DNA of 64,000 nucleotides from Macrostomum lignano (taxonomy: Eukaryota). A program made the position numbers and the translations under genes. The stretch covers positions 186,001-250,000 of the forward strand of contig NIVC01000744.1 in the NCBI GenBank assembly GCA_002269645.1, written 5' to 3'. The notes under the pieces were generated by a model. That model worked only from the letters and a program-made list of their open reading frames with translations, was not told the origin of the DNA and did not search any database. Below, one piece after another: positions 12,625-23,965 of this stretch; the stretch's first letter is position 1, and each line of letters begins with the position of its first letter.

Positions 12625-12846
12625 CATCTCTTACCCTCTCCCTTCTGTCTCACCCTATCTCTTCCCCTCTCCCTTCTGTCTCACCCTATCTCTTCCCCTC
12701 TCCCTTCTGTCTCACCCTATCTCTTACCCTCTCCCTTCTCCCTCGCCCTATCTCTCACCCACTCCCTTCTGTCTCACCCTATCTCTTACCCTCTCCCTTC
12801 TGTCTCACCCCATCCCTCACCCTCTCCCTTCTCCCTCGCCCTATCT
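12625..12846. repeat. CT-rich minisatellite, about 31-bp unit (ttaccctctcccttctgtctcaccctatctc), left part of an array split by the Penelope-like element
   Basis: The same unit resumes at about 14776. Confidence 0.9.
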
Positions 12847-14381
12847 ACCTATACCCTAAGCTACTGGAATTGTGTTTGTACAGGAATGACTTTGAATTTT
12901 ACAAAATGATTTTCCTACAACTTAGAGGTACAGCCATGGGGCGCATATTTGCGCCCAGCTATGCCTGTCTGTTCGTGAGCCTCTGGGAGGAAACTGCCCT
13001 GAGAACTGCTCTTTATAAGCCGAATATTTAGCTTAGGTACATAGATGATATTGAGGCGGAAGGCCTTTTAGTTCGATAGATGTAATGGCAGCGAAGATGT
13101 TGCACTGCATTGCGCGTATATTTATACAAGTGAAAACAGCGCGAGATTATTGAGGGGCCAAGGGAGGTGCGCACATGTGGCGTGGCGTGATTGGCTACGC
13201 CAACCCCCCTGGCTTAGCGAGACGGCTAGCGCGGTGCGCCACCACCCCACCTCAGCTAGACAGAGGTTGGTGGGGGGGTTTCCAGTGCGGCTGCACTGGT
13301 GCTGCTGGTCGCATAGTCTGGCCGCCACAATATATTCATTCACTGGAACCACCCGGCTGAAGCTCTGACAGAATTTGTTCGACACCTAAATTCAATCAAC
13401 CCCAACATCAAACTCACCGTCAGCTCCTCATCAACTGAGGTCAGTTTCCTTGACATGACCATCAAGAAAGCTGAAAACCGCTTCACAACACAACTATTTT
13501 CGAAAGAAACAGACACCCATAGATTGTTGCACCGACAGTCCTTCCATCCGTCACACACCTTCAAGGGGGTAGTAAAATCCCAAGTCCTTCGGTACGCTCG
13601 TATCTGTGATGACTACAAGTCTTTCAACGACGCTTTCAATTCTTTAAAATCGGAACTCAAGCAATTAGGCTACTCGAAGATTTTTCTTAGAAACTGCAAA
13701 AAGGATGTCCTCATACTTATGAACTGGACTGCGGGACCAACGACCAATCTGGGTCTGCTTCCCAAAGGGTTCCATCCCTGTGGGTCATCCCGCTGCAAAT
13801 GCTGCACCCACTCACCGCCTGCTCTCTCCGCCCAGGGGCTGAAACCGGCTTCTGGTTTTTTAATCTCTCAGAGCCTGTCCTGTGGCTCCAAGAGCATCAT
13901 CTATGGCATCTCCTGTAACCAGTGCCACCCTGGGAAAATCCTCTATGTAGGGATGACTAGAAGAACAATGAGAGATAGAATGAACCAGCACAGGTCAAAT
14001 ATTAACAGGAGAGTCGTTACTTCGGGGTCAGAGCACTTTCTCACCCCCAATCACTCGATTGCAAACTTTGTCTCCATTGCTATCGAACAAGTTCTTAATA
14101 ACAACAAAATCGAACTAAGGGAAGAAATCTGGATTAAAAAACTGGGGACTGACAAACCGCCAGGTACGAACATCAGGGTCGACAATCATCTTCTCCGACC
14201 CATCCCAATGGTCCTTCCTTTTCACCCATCTACGGTCTGGCTTGCCAACGAGATTGCTAAAAACTTTGAGAAGCTACAAAATAAACCAGGCTCCCGCATA
14301 CTGCCCGCATTTACACGGCAACGAAATTTACAGAGCCTCCTGGCTCCCAATAAGTTAAAGTCTCAGCCAGGAAACCACTGA
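12847..14381 (+). pseudogene. Disrupted PLE RT-GIY-YIG ORF
   Basis: In-frame TAG at 13029-13031 just before LRYIDD, plus a 278-bp insertion; removing the insert and one ATAT restores YIDD-IFIHWNH in frame with ORF 13455..14381. Confidence 0.88.
13052..13329. mobile_element. Solo-LTR-like insertion (TG...CA, 4-bp ATAT TSD), probably Ty3/Gypsy-type
   Basis: Termini TGAGGCGG...CCGCCACA (8-bp imperfect inverted repeat); ATAT at 13048-13051 and 13330-13333; precise excision restores the host frame. Confidence 0.75.
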
Positions 14382-14698
14382 ATCGTTTTAACCAATGCGC
14401 TCTTTTTACCTATAGAACTACAATATTTACTCACTTTGTCGTGTATTTTATTCAAACTGATTGACTGTACGCGCAAATATCGATTTTTATGCTCCCACCC
14501 TCAATACCGCATTTTATTTAATCGTACTTCGAAAAAACAATTTTTTAATATACTAAATATACCTCAGGGACAAGTTAGAGCTAGAATGAACCCAGTTTAA
14601 ATGTACACCCCTCATATGTACAGCAGCTCAGCGACTTTATTAGACTGAGAAACTAATACTTAAAAGACCAACTTGCACTGCATGAAACACAGATTTTT

Positions 14699-14736
14699 GG
14701 CCTGACGAAGAGCCCAAAGGCTCGAAACCGGTAGCC
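14699..14736 (+). ncRNA. Minimal type I hammerhead ribozyme of the Penelope-like element
   Basis: GGC-CUGACGA-A-GAGCC(caaa)GGCUC-GAAA-CCGG-UA-GCC: intact core, 5-bp stem II, palindromic ACCGGU stem III, GUA cleavage triplet, 3-bp stem I. Confidence 0.88.
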
Positions 14737-14775
14737 CATACTAAATTAATTATTTTTTTAAACACGCCGTGACCT

Positions 14776-15100
14776 CTCTTCTCTCTCTCTCTACCTCTCA
14801 CCCACTCCCTTCTGTCTAACCCTATCTCTTACCCTCTCCCTTCTGTCTCACTCTATCTCTTACCCTCTCCCTTCTGTCTCACTCTATCTCTTACCCTCTC
14901 CCTTCTGTCTCACTCTATCTCTTACCCTCTCCCTTCTGTCTCACTCTATCTCTTACCCTCTCCCTTCTGTCTCACTCTATCTCTTACCCTCTCCCTTCTG
15001 TCTCACTCTATCTCTTACCCTCTCCCTTCCGTCTCACCCCATCCCTCACCCTCTCCTTTCTCCCTCGCCCTATCTCTCACCCTCTCCCTTCTGTCTCACC
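14776..15100. repeat. CT-rich minisatellite, about 31-bp unit, right part of the split array
   Basis: Same unit as 12625..12846; begins with a (CT)n tract. Confidence 0.92.
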
Positions 15101-15110
15101 TGTCTCTCAC

Positions 15111-15356
15111 CTTTTTCTGCGCCGCAGGGAGTCGGTGCAGTCCGACTGCATCTTCGGCAGCTGCCGATTCCCGAGCTGCCGCCTGCTGCTGCTGAGTTGG
15201 CGGAGGCAGCTGTGGCGGCTGTTGCGTCTCAGGACCAAGCAGCGCCGTCGCGCTGGGGTCATTTGAGGTCATCGCAGATCGACGAATCTGATCGATTATT
15301 CGCGTGAGCTGCGGACGGGGTTCGATTCTGAATTGGGACTCTGGAGTGGGATCTGG
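15111..15356 (-). CDS. Candidate exon of the TMEM268-like gene (PDPTPESQ...AQKK)
   Basis: Acceptor tcgcag|CCA, donor AAG|gtgaga, 246 nt, phase 0/0; low-complexity, no homology support. Confidence 0.5.
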
Positions 15357-15364
15357 CTGCGAAC

Positions 15365-16082
15365 ACTGCGGAACTCGAAGGAGATTCGATCCCAACTGCG
15401 GGACTCGAAAGGGGATTCGATCCCAACTGCGGGACTCGAAAGGGGATTCGATCCCAACTGCGGAACTCGAAAGGGGATTTGATCCCAACTGCGGGACTCG
15501 AAAGGGGATTCGATCCCAACTGCTGGACTCGAAGGGGATTCGATCCCAACTGTGGGACTCGAAAGGGGATTCGATCCCAACTGCGGGACTCGAAGGGGAT
15601 TCGATCCCAACTGCTGGACTCGAAGGGGATTCGATCCCAACTGCGGGACTCGAAAGGGGATTCGATCCCAACTGCTGGACTCGAAGGGGATTCGATCCCA
15701 ACTGCGGGACTCGAAGGGGATTCGATCCCAACTGCGGGACTCGAAGGGGATTCGATCCCAACTGCTGGACTCGAAAGGGATTCGATTCCAACTGCTGGAC
15801 TCGAAGGGGATTCGATCCCAACTGCGGGACTCGAAGGGGATTCGATCCCAACTGCGGGACTCGAAGGGGATTCGATCCCAACTGCTGGACTCGAAAGGGA
15901 TTCGATTCCAACTGCTGGACTCGAAGGGGATTCGATCCCAACTGCGATCCCAACTGCGGGACTCGAAAGGGGATTCGATCCCAACTGCTGGACTCGAAGG
16001 GGATTCGATCCCAACTGCTGGACTCGAAGGGGATTCGATCCCAACTGCTGGACTCGAAGGGGATTCGATCCCAACTGCGATC
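15365..16082. repeat. Intronic minisatellite, 30-31 bp unit (ggggattcgatcccaactgcgggactcgaa)
   Basis: Starts immediately after the donor at 16091. Confidence 0.95.
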
Positions 16083-16091
16083 CCAGCTCAC

Positions 16092-16154
16092 CTTCCTGGA
16101 GAAGCGCGCCTTGGACAGCAGCTCGGGCTTGTCGAACATTCGCGTCATGTGGGA
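16092..16154 (-). CDS. Candidate exon of the TMEM268-like gene (SHMTRMFDKPELLSKARFSRK)
   Basis: ccag| acceptor, AAG|gtgagc donor, 63 nt, strongly GC3-biased codons. Confidence 0.6.
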
Positions 16155-16415
16155 CTGGACCAGCGAGGAATTTTAGCGATGGGATCATTTTTTAGGATTT
16201 CTGTTGCAGGTAAAATATTATTCTCAGGAAAAAATTAAGCGCACAGACCAAGAAAGCTCACCAAGCAGGGCTCCGGGTCGAAGTAGAGAAATGCCACCTT
16301 TTCGGGTTTTTTAAATTTTTCTTGTCAAGGAAAACCAGTGGCAATGGTTTCATTAGGATCATCTGATTCCTTGTGGTAGAATTTCTTCCCCATACTATGA
16401 GCTAGTTTTCCCCAC

Positions 16416-16509
16416 CGCATAATCAGCCAACCTGATCTGCAGCTCCCGGAGGCTCCAGCTGAGCACTTTCCCTGACCAGTCCATTATGCTCAGAGCCAGC
16501 ACGCAGGCC
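16416..16509 (-). CDS. Possible exon of the TMEM268-like gene (ACVLALSIMDWSGKVLSWSLRELQIRLADYA)
   Basis: GC3-rich open frame, donor GCG|gtgggg in phase 0; the acceptor is weak. Confidence 0.3.
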
Positions 16510-16804
16510 CTTCACTCATCTGCTGAGCCGGCTCTGAGCACCTCGAGCCTTTTAGCAACCCTTCTCGACTCTCTCGCCACTTCCCCATCAATCTCTACCA
16601 GCTTCCCCTCTCGCCTCCCTTTTTCTACTTTCCATTTAGCAGCTGTGGGGAATTTTCTGGGCGCCGGGAAATCGTTTAAGAGCGCGCGGATTAGAGCGGA
16701 GGGGGTGGCGCCAGGAAGCTGGGGCTGAACACGGGCGTGGGAAGGTGCTGATGAGTTATCTGGGGGAGTCAGAAACCGAGATTGGTAGCGAGATGAGCTG
16801 GGAC

Positions 16805-17215
16805 TCCGCGATTCTCTGTGATTAGATCTCTGCGATTCTCTATGATTAGATCTCCGCGATTCTCTATGATTAGATCTATGTGATTCTCTATGATTAGATC
16901 TCTGCGATTCTCTATGATTAGATCTATGCGATTCTCTATGATTAGATCTCCGCGATTCTCTATGATTAGACCTCCGCGATTCTCTATGATTTGATCTCCG
17001 CGATTCTCTATGATTAGATCTCCGCGATTCTCTATGATTAGATCTCCGCGATTCTCTATGATTAGATCTCCGCAATTCTCTATGATTAGATCTCCGCGAT
17101 TCTCTATGATTAGATCTATGCGATTCTCTATGATTAGACCTCCGCGATTCTCTATGATTAGATCTATGCGATTCCCTATGATGAGTTTTCCGTGATTCTC
17201 TATGATTAGATCTCC
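16805..17215. repeat. Minisatellite, 24-bp unit (ctatgattagatctccgcgattct)
   Basis: Tandem array. Confidence 0.94.
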
Positions 17216-17280
17216 CTAATTATATTATTACCATTTCTACAATTAGATATTCATCATTAGATCTCAATGACTAAATCCGC

Positions 17281-17418
17281 TCATAGCGCACAAAAGGATA
17301 CGGTGAGGATATCGCAAGAGCAGGTGAGGTACTCGTAGTCAAGAACAGTAAGCAAGATTTTTCTCCTTAGCAACAGCCTGTTCACGTGAACGTTGAGCCG
17401 CCTGGAGTGACTGGACAT
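17281..17418 (-). CDS. TMEM268-like exon (MSSHSRRLNVHVNRLLLRRKILLTVLD...), 3' boundary unresolved
   Basis: ttgcag| acceptor in phase 0; resembles recalled human TMEM268 NGALLRHRVLLGVTD; the frame closes at TGA 17281 with no strong donor. Confidence 0.5.
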   Translation of the reverse strand: MSSHSRRLNVHVNRLLLRRKILLTVLDYEYLTCSCDILTVSFCAL

Positions 17419-17424
17419 CTGCAA

Positions 17425-18757
17425 TGAGTGGAATGGGTGATGCAATGGGTGATGGAATGTGTGATAGAATGGGTGATGGAATGGGTGATGGAATGGGTGA
17501 TGGAATGTGTGATAGAATGGGTGATGGGATCGGTGATGGAATGGGTGATGGAATGGGTGATGGAATGGGTGATGGAATGGGTGATGGAATGGGTGATGGA
17601 ATGGGTGATGGAATGGGTGATGGAATGGGTGATGGAATGGGTGATGGAATGGGTGATGGAATGGGTGATGGAATGGGTGATGGAATGGGTGATGGAATGG
17701 GTGATGGAATGGGTGATGGAATGGGTGATGGAATGGGTGATGGAATGGGTGATGGAATGGGTAATGGAATCGGTGATGGAATGGGTGATGGAATGGGTAA
17801 TGGAATGGGTGATGGAATGGGTGATGGAATGGGTGATGGAATGGGTAATGGAATCGGTGATGGAATGGGTAATGGAATCGGTGATGGAATGGGTGATGGA
17901 ATGGGTGATGCAATGGGTGATGGAATGGGTGATGGAATGGGTGATGGAATGGGTGATGGAATGGGTGATGCAATGGGTGATGGAATGGGTAATGGAATCG
18001 GTGATGGAATGGGTGATGGAATGGGTAATGGAATGGGTGATGGAATGGGTGATGGAATGGGTAATGGAATGGGTGATGGAATGGGTGATGGAATGGGTGA
18101 TGGAATGGGTGATGGAATGGGTGATGCAATGGGTGATGGAATGGGTGATGGAATGGGTGATGGAATGGGTGATGGAATGGGTAATGGAATCGGTGATGGA
18201 ATGGGTGATGGAATGGGTGATGGAATGGGTGATGCAATGGGTGATGGAATGGGTGATGGAATGGGTGATGGAATGGGTGATGCAATGGGTGATGGAATGG
18301 GTGATGGAATGGGTGATGGAATGGGTGATGGAATGGGTGATGGAATGGGTGATGGGATCGGTGATGGAATGGGTGATGGAATGGGTGATGGAATGGGTGA
18401 TGGAATGGGTGATGGAATGGGTGATGGAATGGGTGATGCAATGGGTGATGGAATGGGTGATGGAATGGGTGATGGAATGGGTGATGGAATGGGTGATGGA
18501 ATGGGTGATGGAATGGGTGATGGAATGGGTGATGGAATGGGTGATGGAATGGGTGATGCAATGGGTGATGGAATGGGTGATGGAATGGGTGATGGAATGG
18601 GTGATGCAATGGGTGATGGAATGGGTGATGGAATGGGTGATGGAATGGGTGATGGAATGGGTGATGGAATGGGTGATGGAATGGGTGATGGAATGGGTGA
18701 TGGAATGGGTGATGGAATGGGTGATGGAATGGGTGATGCAATGGGTGATGGAATGGG
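17425..18757. repeat. Intronic minisatellite, 12-bp unit (gatggaatgggt)
   Basis: About 1.3-kb near-perfect array running up to the acceptor. Confidence 0.97.
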
Positions 18758-19254
18758 CCGGTTTCAGTCTGGAAATGAAAATGCTTCATGACTGGAGCAA
18801 CAGTTAAAAAAGAGTTTTTGAAGGCAATTTCAGAAAGGAGTTATCTTGGCGATCGAATTCGAAAAGCAGATCTGCAGGGCGGGAGAGACCGGCTGGAATC
18901 AGCTGCTCTCAGCCCTGCTTTAATTTGGGGGCGCAGCTGTGCGATACTCTGGCTGGGGATAAAATTGATTGAGACGGCCGAGAATATCTTCGTCTAGCCT
19001 TACAGAGCCTTGAATGATGAAGTCAGCATGGGGATGAAAGGCGGGTTTCCGCTGCCTGAGGCGCACAGACCCGAGACCTCAATAAGAAATGTTTTTGACA
19101 CTGTTAATTTTTATTGTTAGTTCTCTCGCTGACTGGAAAATTGAAACTGACGGCTGAGGCGCGAGGCTTGAGGAGGATATTTTTCATTTGTAAAATTTCC
19201 TTTAAAATTTCTTGCACAGTCTGAGGCGACTAGAGGGCAGCGCGTCTGTCTGGC

Positions 19255-19400
19255 GGTGGGTCAGTCAGTCTGTGGGTCAGTTAGTCTGTGGGTCAGTCAG
19301 TCTGTGGGTCAGTCAGTCTGTGGGTCAGTCAGTCTGTGGGTCAGTCAGTCTGTGGGTCAGTCAGTCTGTGGGTCAGTCAGTCTGTGGGTCAATCAATCAG
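19255..19400. repeat. 16-bp unit repeat (gtcagtcagtctgtgg)
   Basis: Tandem copies. Confidence 0.88.
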
Positions 19401-19495
19401 TGGGTCAAGCATATAGGTGAGTCAGTTGGTCGGTGAGTTAAACTGTTAACAATCCCCATTAAGGATAATTGAAACTCTGAAAGCTCGCGACTCAC

Positions 19496-19593
19496 CCGCG
19501 CTCTCAGCAGCTTCCAAGTGAGCAGCCCGGCGATGAAGAAGAACCAGGCGATCATGAAGAACATCCCGATGCCCAGGTCCGAGCGGTGGCCGC
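19496..19593 (-). CDS. TMEM268-like exon, second transmembrane helix (GHRSDLGIGMFFMIAWFFFIAGLLTWKLLRAR)
   Basis: ccgcag| acceptor (phase 1), CGG|gtgagt donor (phase 0); hydrophobic helix; phases consistent with both neighbours. Confidence 0.75.
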
Positions 19594-19973
19594 CTGCGGG
19601 AGCCGAGACATCGGAGGGATGAAGTCTGGGGACCTGGTAGGGATGAAGCTTGGGATCTGAGAGGGTGGTGATCTGGGACGGTGGTGATCTGGGAGGGTGG
19701 GGATCTTAGAGTGTGAGGATCTGAGGATTTCCACTCTCGCGACTGGAGGCACTTTACTGACCCTCGCGAGCGGGAGGCGCAACTCTGCGATGTTCCCATT
19801 GTAAATTATCAAAAACCCAGCAGCCATAAAACTTGGAGCCTGATTTTCCAGTTTTTTTTAAACTGAATTCGCGGCCTCCTTTCTGGCCCGGTCCGCCTCA
19901 TTAGCTAAAATTTATTGCTTTTAGCTGAAAACCTGCCGAAGCCAATAAAAGTGGATCCCGGCTGTGCGCTTAC

Positions 19974-20130
19974 TGTACCGCCAGCCCAGGGTGCCGGCTG
20001 TCCACACCAGGAGGCTCAGGCAGATCAGCAGCCCGTACTGGAACACCCGGTTGAACAGCAGGGTGGCGCAGCGCACCTTCGGGTCCCGCCGGAGCAGGTC
20101 GACAACTTCGCAATATTCGCTGTGAGACAC
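19974..20130 (-). CDS. TMEM268-like exon, first transmembrane helix (VSHSEYCEVVDLLRRDPKVRCATLLFNRVFQYGLLICLSLLVWTAG...)
   Basis: gccgcag| acceptor, A|gtaagc donor; DPKVR..LLVW resembles recalled TMEM268 EPQVR..VVVW. Confidence 0.75.
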
Positions 20131-20174
20131 CTGCGGCGCAGGAGTTAGATGTTGATGATGAAGCCCTTATCCCA

Positions 20175-21040
20175 TTCTACACCCACCCCACTCCGCACCC
20201 ATCCCCCTCGGCACCCACCCCAATGCGCATCCACCCCACTCCTCAGCCACCCTACTCCACACACCCTACTTTGCAGCCACCCCGCTCCACACACACCTCA
20301 CTTCACACCCACCCCACTCCGCAGCCACCCGCTCCACACACCCCACTTCACACCCACCCCACTCCGCAGCCACCCCGCTCCACACACCCCACTTCACACC
20401 CACCCCACTCTGCAACCACCCCGCTCCACACACACCCCACTTCACACCCACCCCACTCCGCAGCCACCCCGCTCCACACACCCCACTTCACACCCACCCC
20501 ACTCCGCAGCCACCCCGCTCCACACACCCCACTTCACACCCACCCCACTCTGCAACCACCCCGCTCCACACACACCCCACTTCACACCCACCCCACTCCG
20601 CAGCCACCCCGCTCCACACACCCCACTTCACACCCACCCCACTCCGCAGCCACCCCGCTCCACACAACACCCCACTTCACACACACCCCACTCTGCAACC
20701 ACCCCGCTCCACACACACCCCACTTCACACCCACCCCACTCCGCAGCCAGCCCGCTCCACACACCCCACTTCACACCCACCCCACTCTGCAACCACCCCG
20801 CTCCACACACCCCACTTCACACCCACCCCACTCCGCAGCCACCCCGCTCCACACACCCCACTTCACACCCACCCCACTCCGCAGCCACCCCGCTCCACAC
20901 AACACCCCACTTCACACACACCCCACTCTGCAACCACCCCGCTCCACACACACCCCACTTCACACCCACCCCACTCCGCAGCCAGCCCGCTCCACACCCA
21001 CCCCAACCCTGCAGCCAGCCCGCTTCACACATCCCACACC
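20175..21040. repeat. Intronic C-rich minisatellite, about 46-bp unit
   Basis: ccccacttcacacccaccccactccgcagccaccccgctccacaca copies. Confidence 0.93.
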
Positions 21041-21043
21041 CAC

Positions 21044-21147
21044 CTGGAACTGCTGCAGCTCGCAGGGCATGGACATCGGATCGATTCTGGCCGAGCAGCA
21101 GAAAATGGAAGGCTTGTGAATCCAAACGATGGACCCGTTGATCAGCG
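21044..21147 (-). CDS. TMEM268-like exon (LINGSIVWIHKPSIFCCSARIDPMSMPCELQQFQ)
   Basis: tttcag| acceptor (phase 1), CAG|gtgggt donor (phase 0); LINGSIV resembles recalled TMEM268 LHNGQVL. Confidence 0.7.
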
Positions 21148-21509
21148 CTGAAATAGCGAATGAGGGTTTTGATATGCAGCTGAATTTTAGCTTGAGATTT
21201 TTCCTGACCATTCAGACAAAAATGCCAATTCGGCAATAAAAAATGAGGAAAATTTTCCAAAGCAGATTGGTGATGAGGGAGGGGACAAGCAAAGTCGGCA
21301 GAGCATGCAATCCAGCCTCCTCTGCTGCTGAGATGAAGCTTTGAGATTTTCTGTCTAAAGCTGAAGGATTTCATCAGGGAACCGAGGCCTGCATAGGAAT
21401 TATTTGAATCCCCTCTGACTCATTAAAGTCGATGGCGCTCACGTGATTATCTTCCAGGTTGAGTGAGGATTTTTAAATGCCAAGCATTCCGACTGCCAAA
21501 TCAAACCTC

Positions 21510-22510
21510 AACCCAACCTAAGCCCAAACCCAAAGCTACACCTAACCCCAACCCAACCTAAGCCCAAACCCAAAGCTACACCTAACCCCAACCCAACCTA
21601 AGCCCAAACCCAAAGCTACACTTTACCCCAACCCAACCTAAGCCCAAACCCAAAGCTACACTTTACCCCAACCCAACCTAAGCCCAAACCCAAAGCTACA
21701 CTTTACCCCAACCCAACCTAAGCCCAAACCCAAAGCTACACTTTACCCCAACCCAACCTAAGCCCAAACCCAAAGCTACACTTTACCCCAACCCAACCTA
21801 AGCCCAAACCCAAAGCTACACTTTACCCCAACCCAACCTAAGCCCAAACCCAAAGCTACACTTTACCCCAACCCAACCTAAGCCCAAACCCAAAGCTACA
21901 CTTTACCCCAACCCAACCTAAGCCCAAACCCAAAGCTACACCTAACCCCAACCCAACCTAAGCCCAAACCCAAAGCTACACTTTACCCCAACCCAACCTA
22001 AGCCCAAACCCAAAGCTACACCTAACCCCAACCCAACCTAAGCCCAAACCCAAAGCTACACTTTACCCCAACCCAACCTAAGCCCAAACCCAAAGCTACA
22101 CCTAACCCCAACCCAACCTAAGCCCAAACCCAAAGCTACACTTTACCCCAACCCAACCTAAGCCCAGACCCAAAGCTACACTTTACCCCAACCCAACCTA
22201 AGCCCAAACCCAAAGCTACACTTTACCCCAACCCAACCTAAGCCCAAACCCAAAGCTACACTTTACCCCAACCCAACCTAAGCCCAGACCCAAAGCTACA
22301 CTTTACCCCAACCCAACCTAAGCCCAAACCCAAAGCTACACTTTACCCCAACCCAACCTAAGCCCAAACCCAAAGCTACACCTAACCCCAACCCAACCTA
22401 AGCCCAAACCCAAAGCTACACTTTACCCCAACCCAACCTAAGCCCAGACCCAAAGCTACACCTAACCCTAACCCAAACCTAAACCTAAAACCTAAACTCT
22501 AACCTAAATT
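21510..22510. repeat. 40-bp unit minisatellite with CCTAA/CCCTAA cores, ending in a telomere-like tract
   Basis: cctaaccccaacccaacctaagcccaaacccaaagctaca array with two main variants. Confidence 0.96.
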
Positions 22511-23104
22511 CTCGGCAGTCAATTCTCGTGCTTCCCAACTGACATTCACAAGTAAAATTTGATAATCATAAGCCACATTTGTGAAACTTATACAGCTTTG
22601 ACTGACCGGAGACTGGCTGCAAACTTAAGGAACCTGCCGGGCAGATCCGCAGTGGCAGTGAAACATCGCCTCCAGTTCTGCAGTGCGTCACCGCACAGCT
22701 GCCCAAGGCACTTGCTTGGCTCGTGTATGCCAATACCGCCTTCCAGCAGCACAGCTGCATCATTTTTCTTCAGACAGACTGTGCAGCCCCGCCTAATCTC
22801 CCCCCAATATACTTCACGGTCCGGCTGCTCCGCTGAAAAAGCCGCGGCACCCGGGGGCGGCCTGCCATTCACATCCCCCCCGTCTCCCGTTGTCTCCGCT
22901 GCGGCCGCCCTGCTAGCCTTGTTAGCTCTGCGCTTTCCGCTCCAGTGGCGGCGCGCCTTCCAGCCTCCTCCGTCTCTCTGTCTGCCTATCTATCAGCCTC
23001 ATCGGTTTTCTCCTTGCTGCCAGCAGCAGCGAGGGGACACGCATGGCGCGGCATGGTGGCACTCGGAACCAGCATGAGCTCGGTTCGATTGGTGCTCGCT
23101 CGGC

Positions 23105-23965
23105 GCCTATGCTGACAGGATTCTAGTGGCGCCTATCCTGACAGGATTCTAGTAGCGCCTATCCTGACATGACTCTAGTAGCGCTTATCCTGACATGACT
23201 CTAGTGGTGCCTATCCTGACATGACTCTAGTGGTGCCTATCCTGACATGACTCTAGTGGTGCCTATCCTGACATGACTCTAGTAGCGCCTATCCTGACAT
23301 GACTCTAGTGGTGCCTATCCTGACATGACTCTAGTAGCGCCTATCCTGACATGACTCTAGTAGCGCCTATCCTGACATGACTCTAGTGGTGCCTATCCTG
23401 ACATGACTCTAGTAGCGCCTATCCTGACATGACTCTAGTGGTGCCTATCCTGACATGACTCTAGTAGCGCCTATCCTGACATGACTCTAGTAGCGCCTAT
23501 CCTGACATGACTCTAGTGGTGCCTATCCTGACATGACTCTAGTGGTGCCTATCCTGACATGACTCTAGTGGTGCCTATCCTGACATGACTCTAGTGGTGC
23601 CTATCCTGACATGACTCTAGTAGCGCCTATCCTGACATGACTCTAGTAGCGCCTATCCTGACATGACTCTAGTGGTGGCTATCCTGACATGACTCTAGTG
23701 GTGCCTATCCTGACATGACTCTAGTGGTGCCTATCCTGACATGACTCTAGTGGTGCCTATCCTGACATGACTCTAGTAGCGCCTATCCTGACATGACTCT
23801 AGTGGTGCCTATCCTGACATGACTCTAGTGGTGCCTATCCTGACATGACTCTAGTGGTGCCTATCCTGACATGACTCTAGTGGCGCCTATCCTGACATGA
23901 CTCTAGTAGCGCCTATCCTGACATGACTCTAGTGGTGCCTATCCTGACATGACTCTAGTGGCTCC
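23105..23965. repeat. Minisatellite, 26-bp unit (ctatcctgacatgactctagtggtgc)
   Basis: Near-perfect array. Confidence 0.96.

Larger units (their letters stand above)
12847..14775 (+). mobile_element. 5'-truncated Penelope-like retroelement (Neptune-type)
   Basis: RT motifs QLRGTAMG..APSYA and YIDD; thumb region FLDM..TD..L..S.HP..SQVLRYARIC; Cys linker CGSSRCKCC; GIY-YIG endonuclease IIYGISC..C...LYVGMT..R...H; 3' region with hammerhead ribozyme. Ends approximate. Confidence 0.92.

Noticed and set aside
22588-22872. Minus-strand ORF (…EVYWGEIRRGCTVC…) as an extra TMEM268-like exon
   Set aside because: No recognisable homology, and its best donor is in phase 2 in that frame, incompatible with the phase-1 acceptor at 21147
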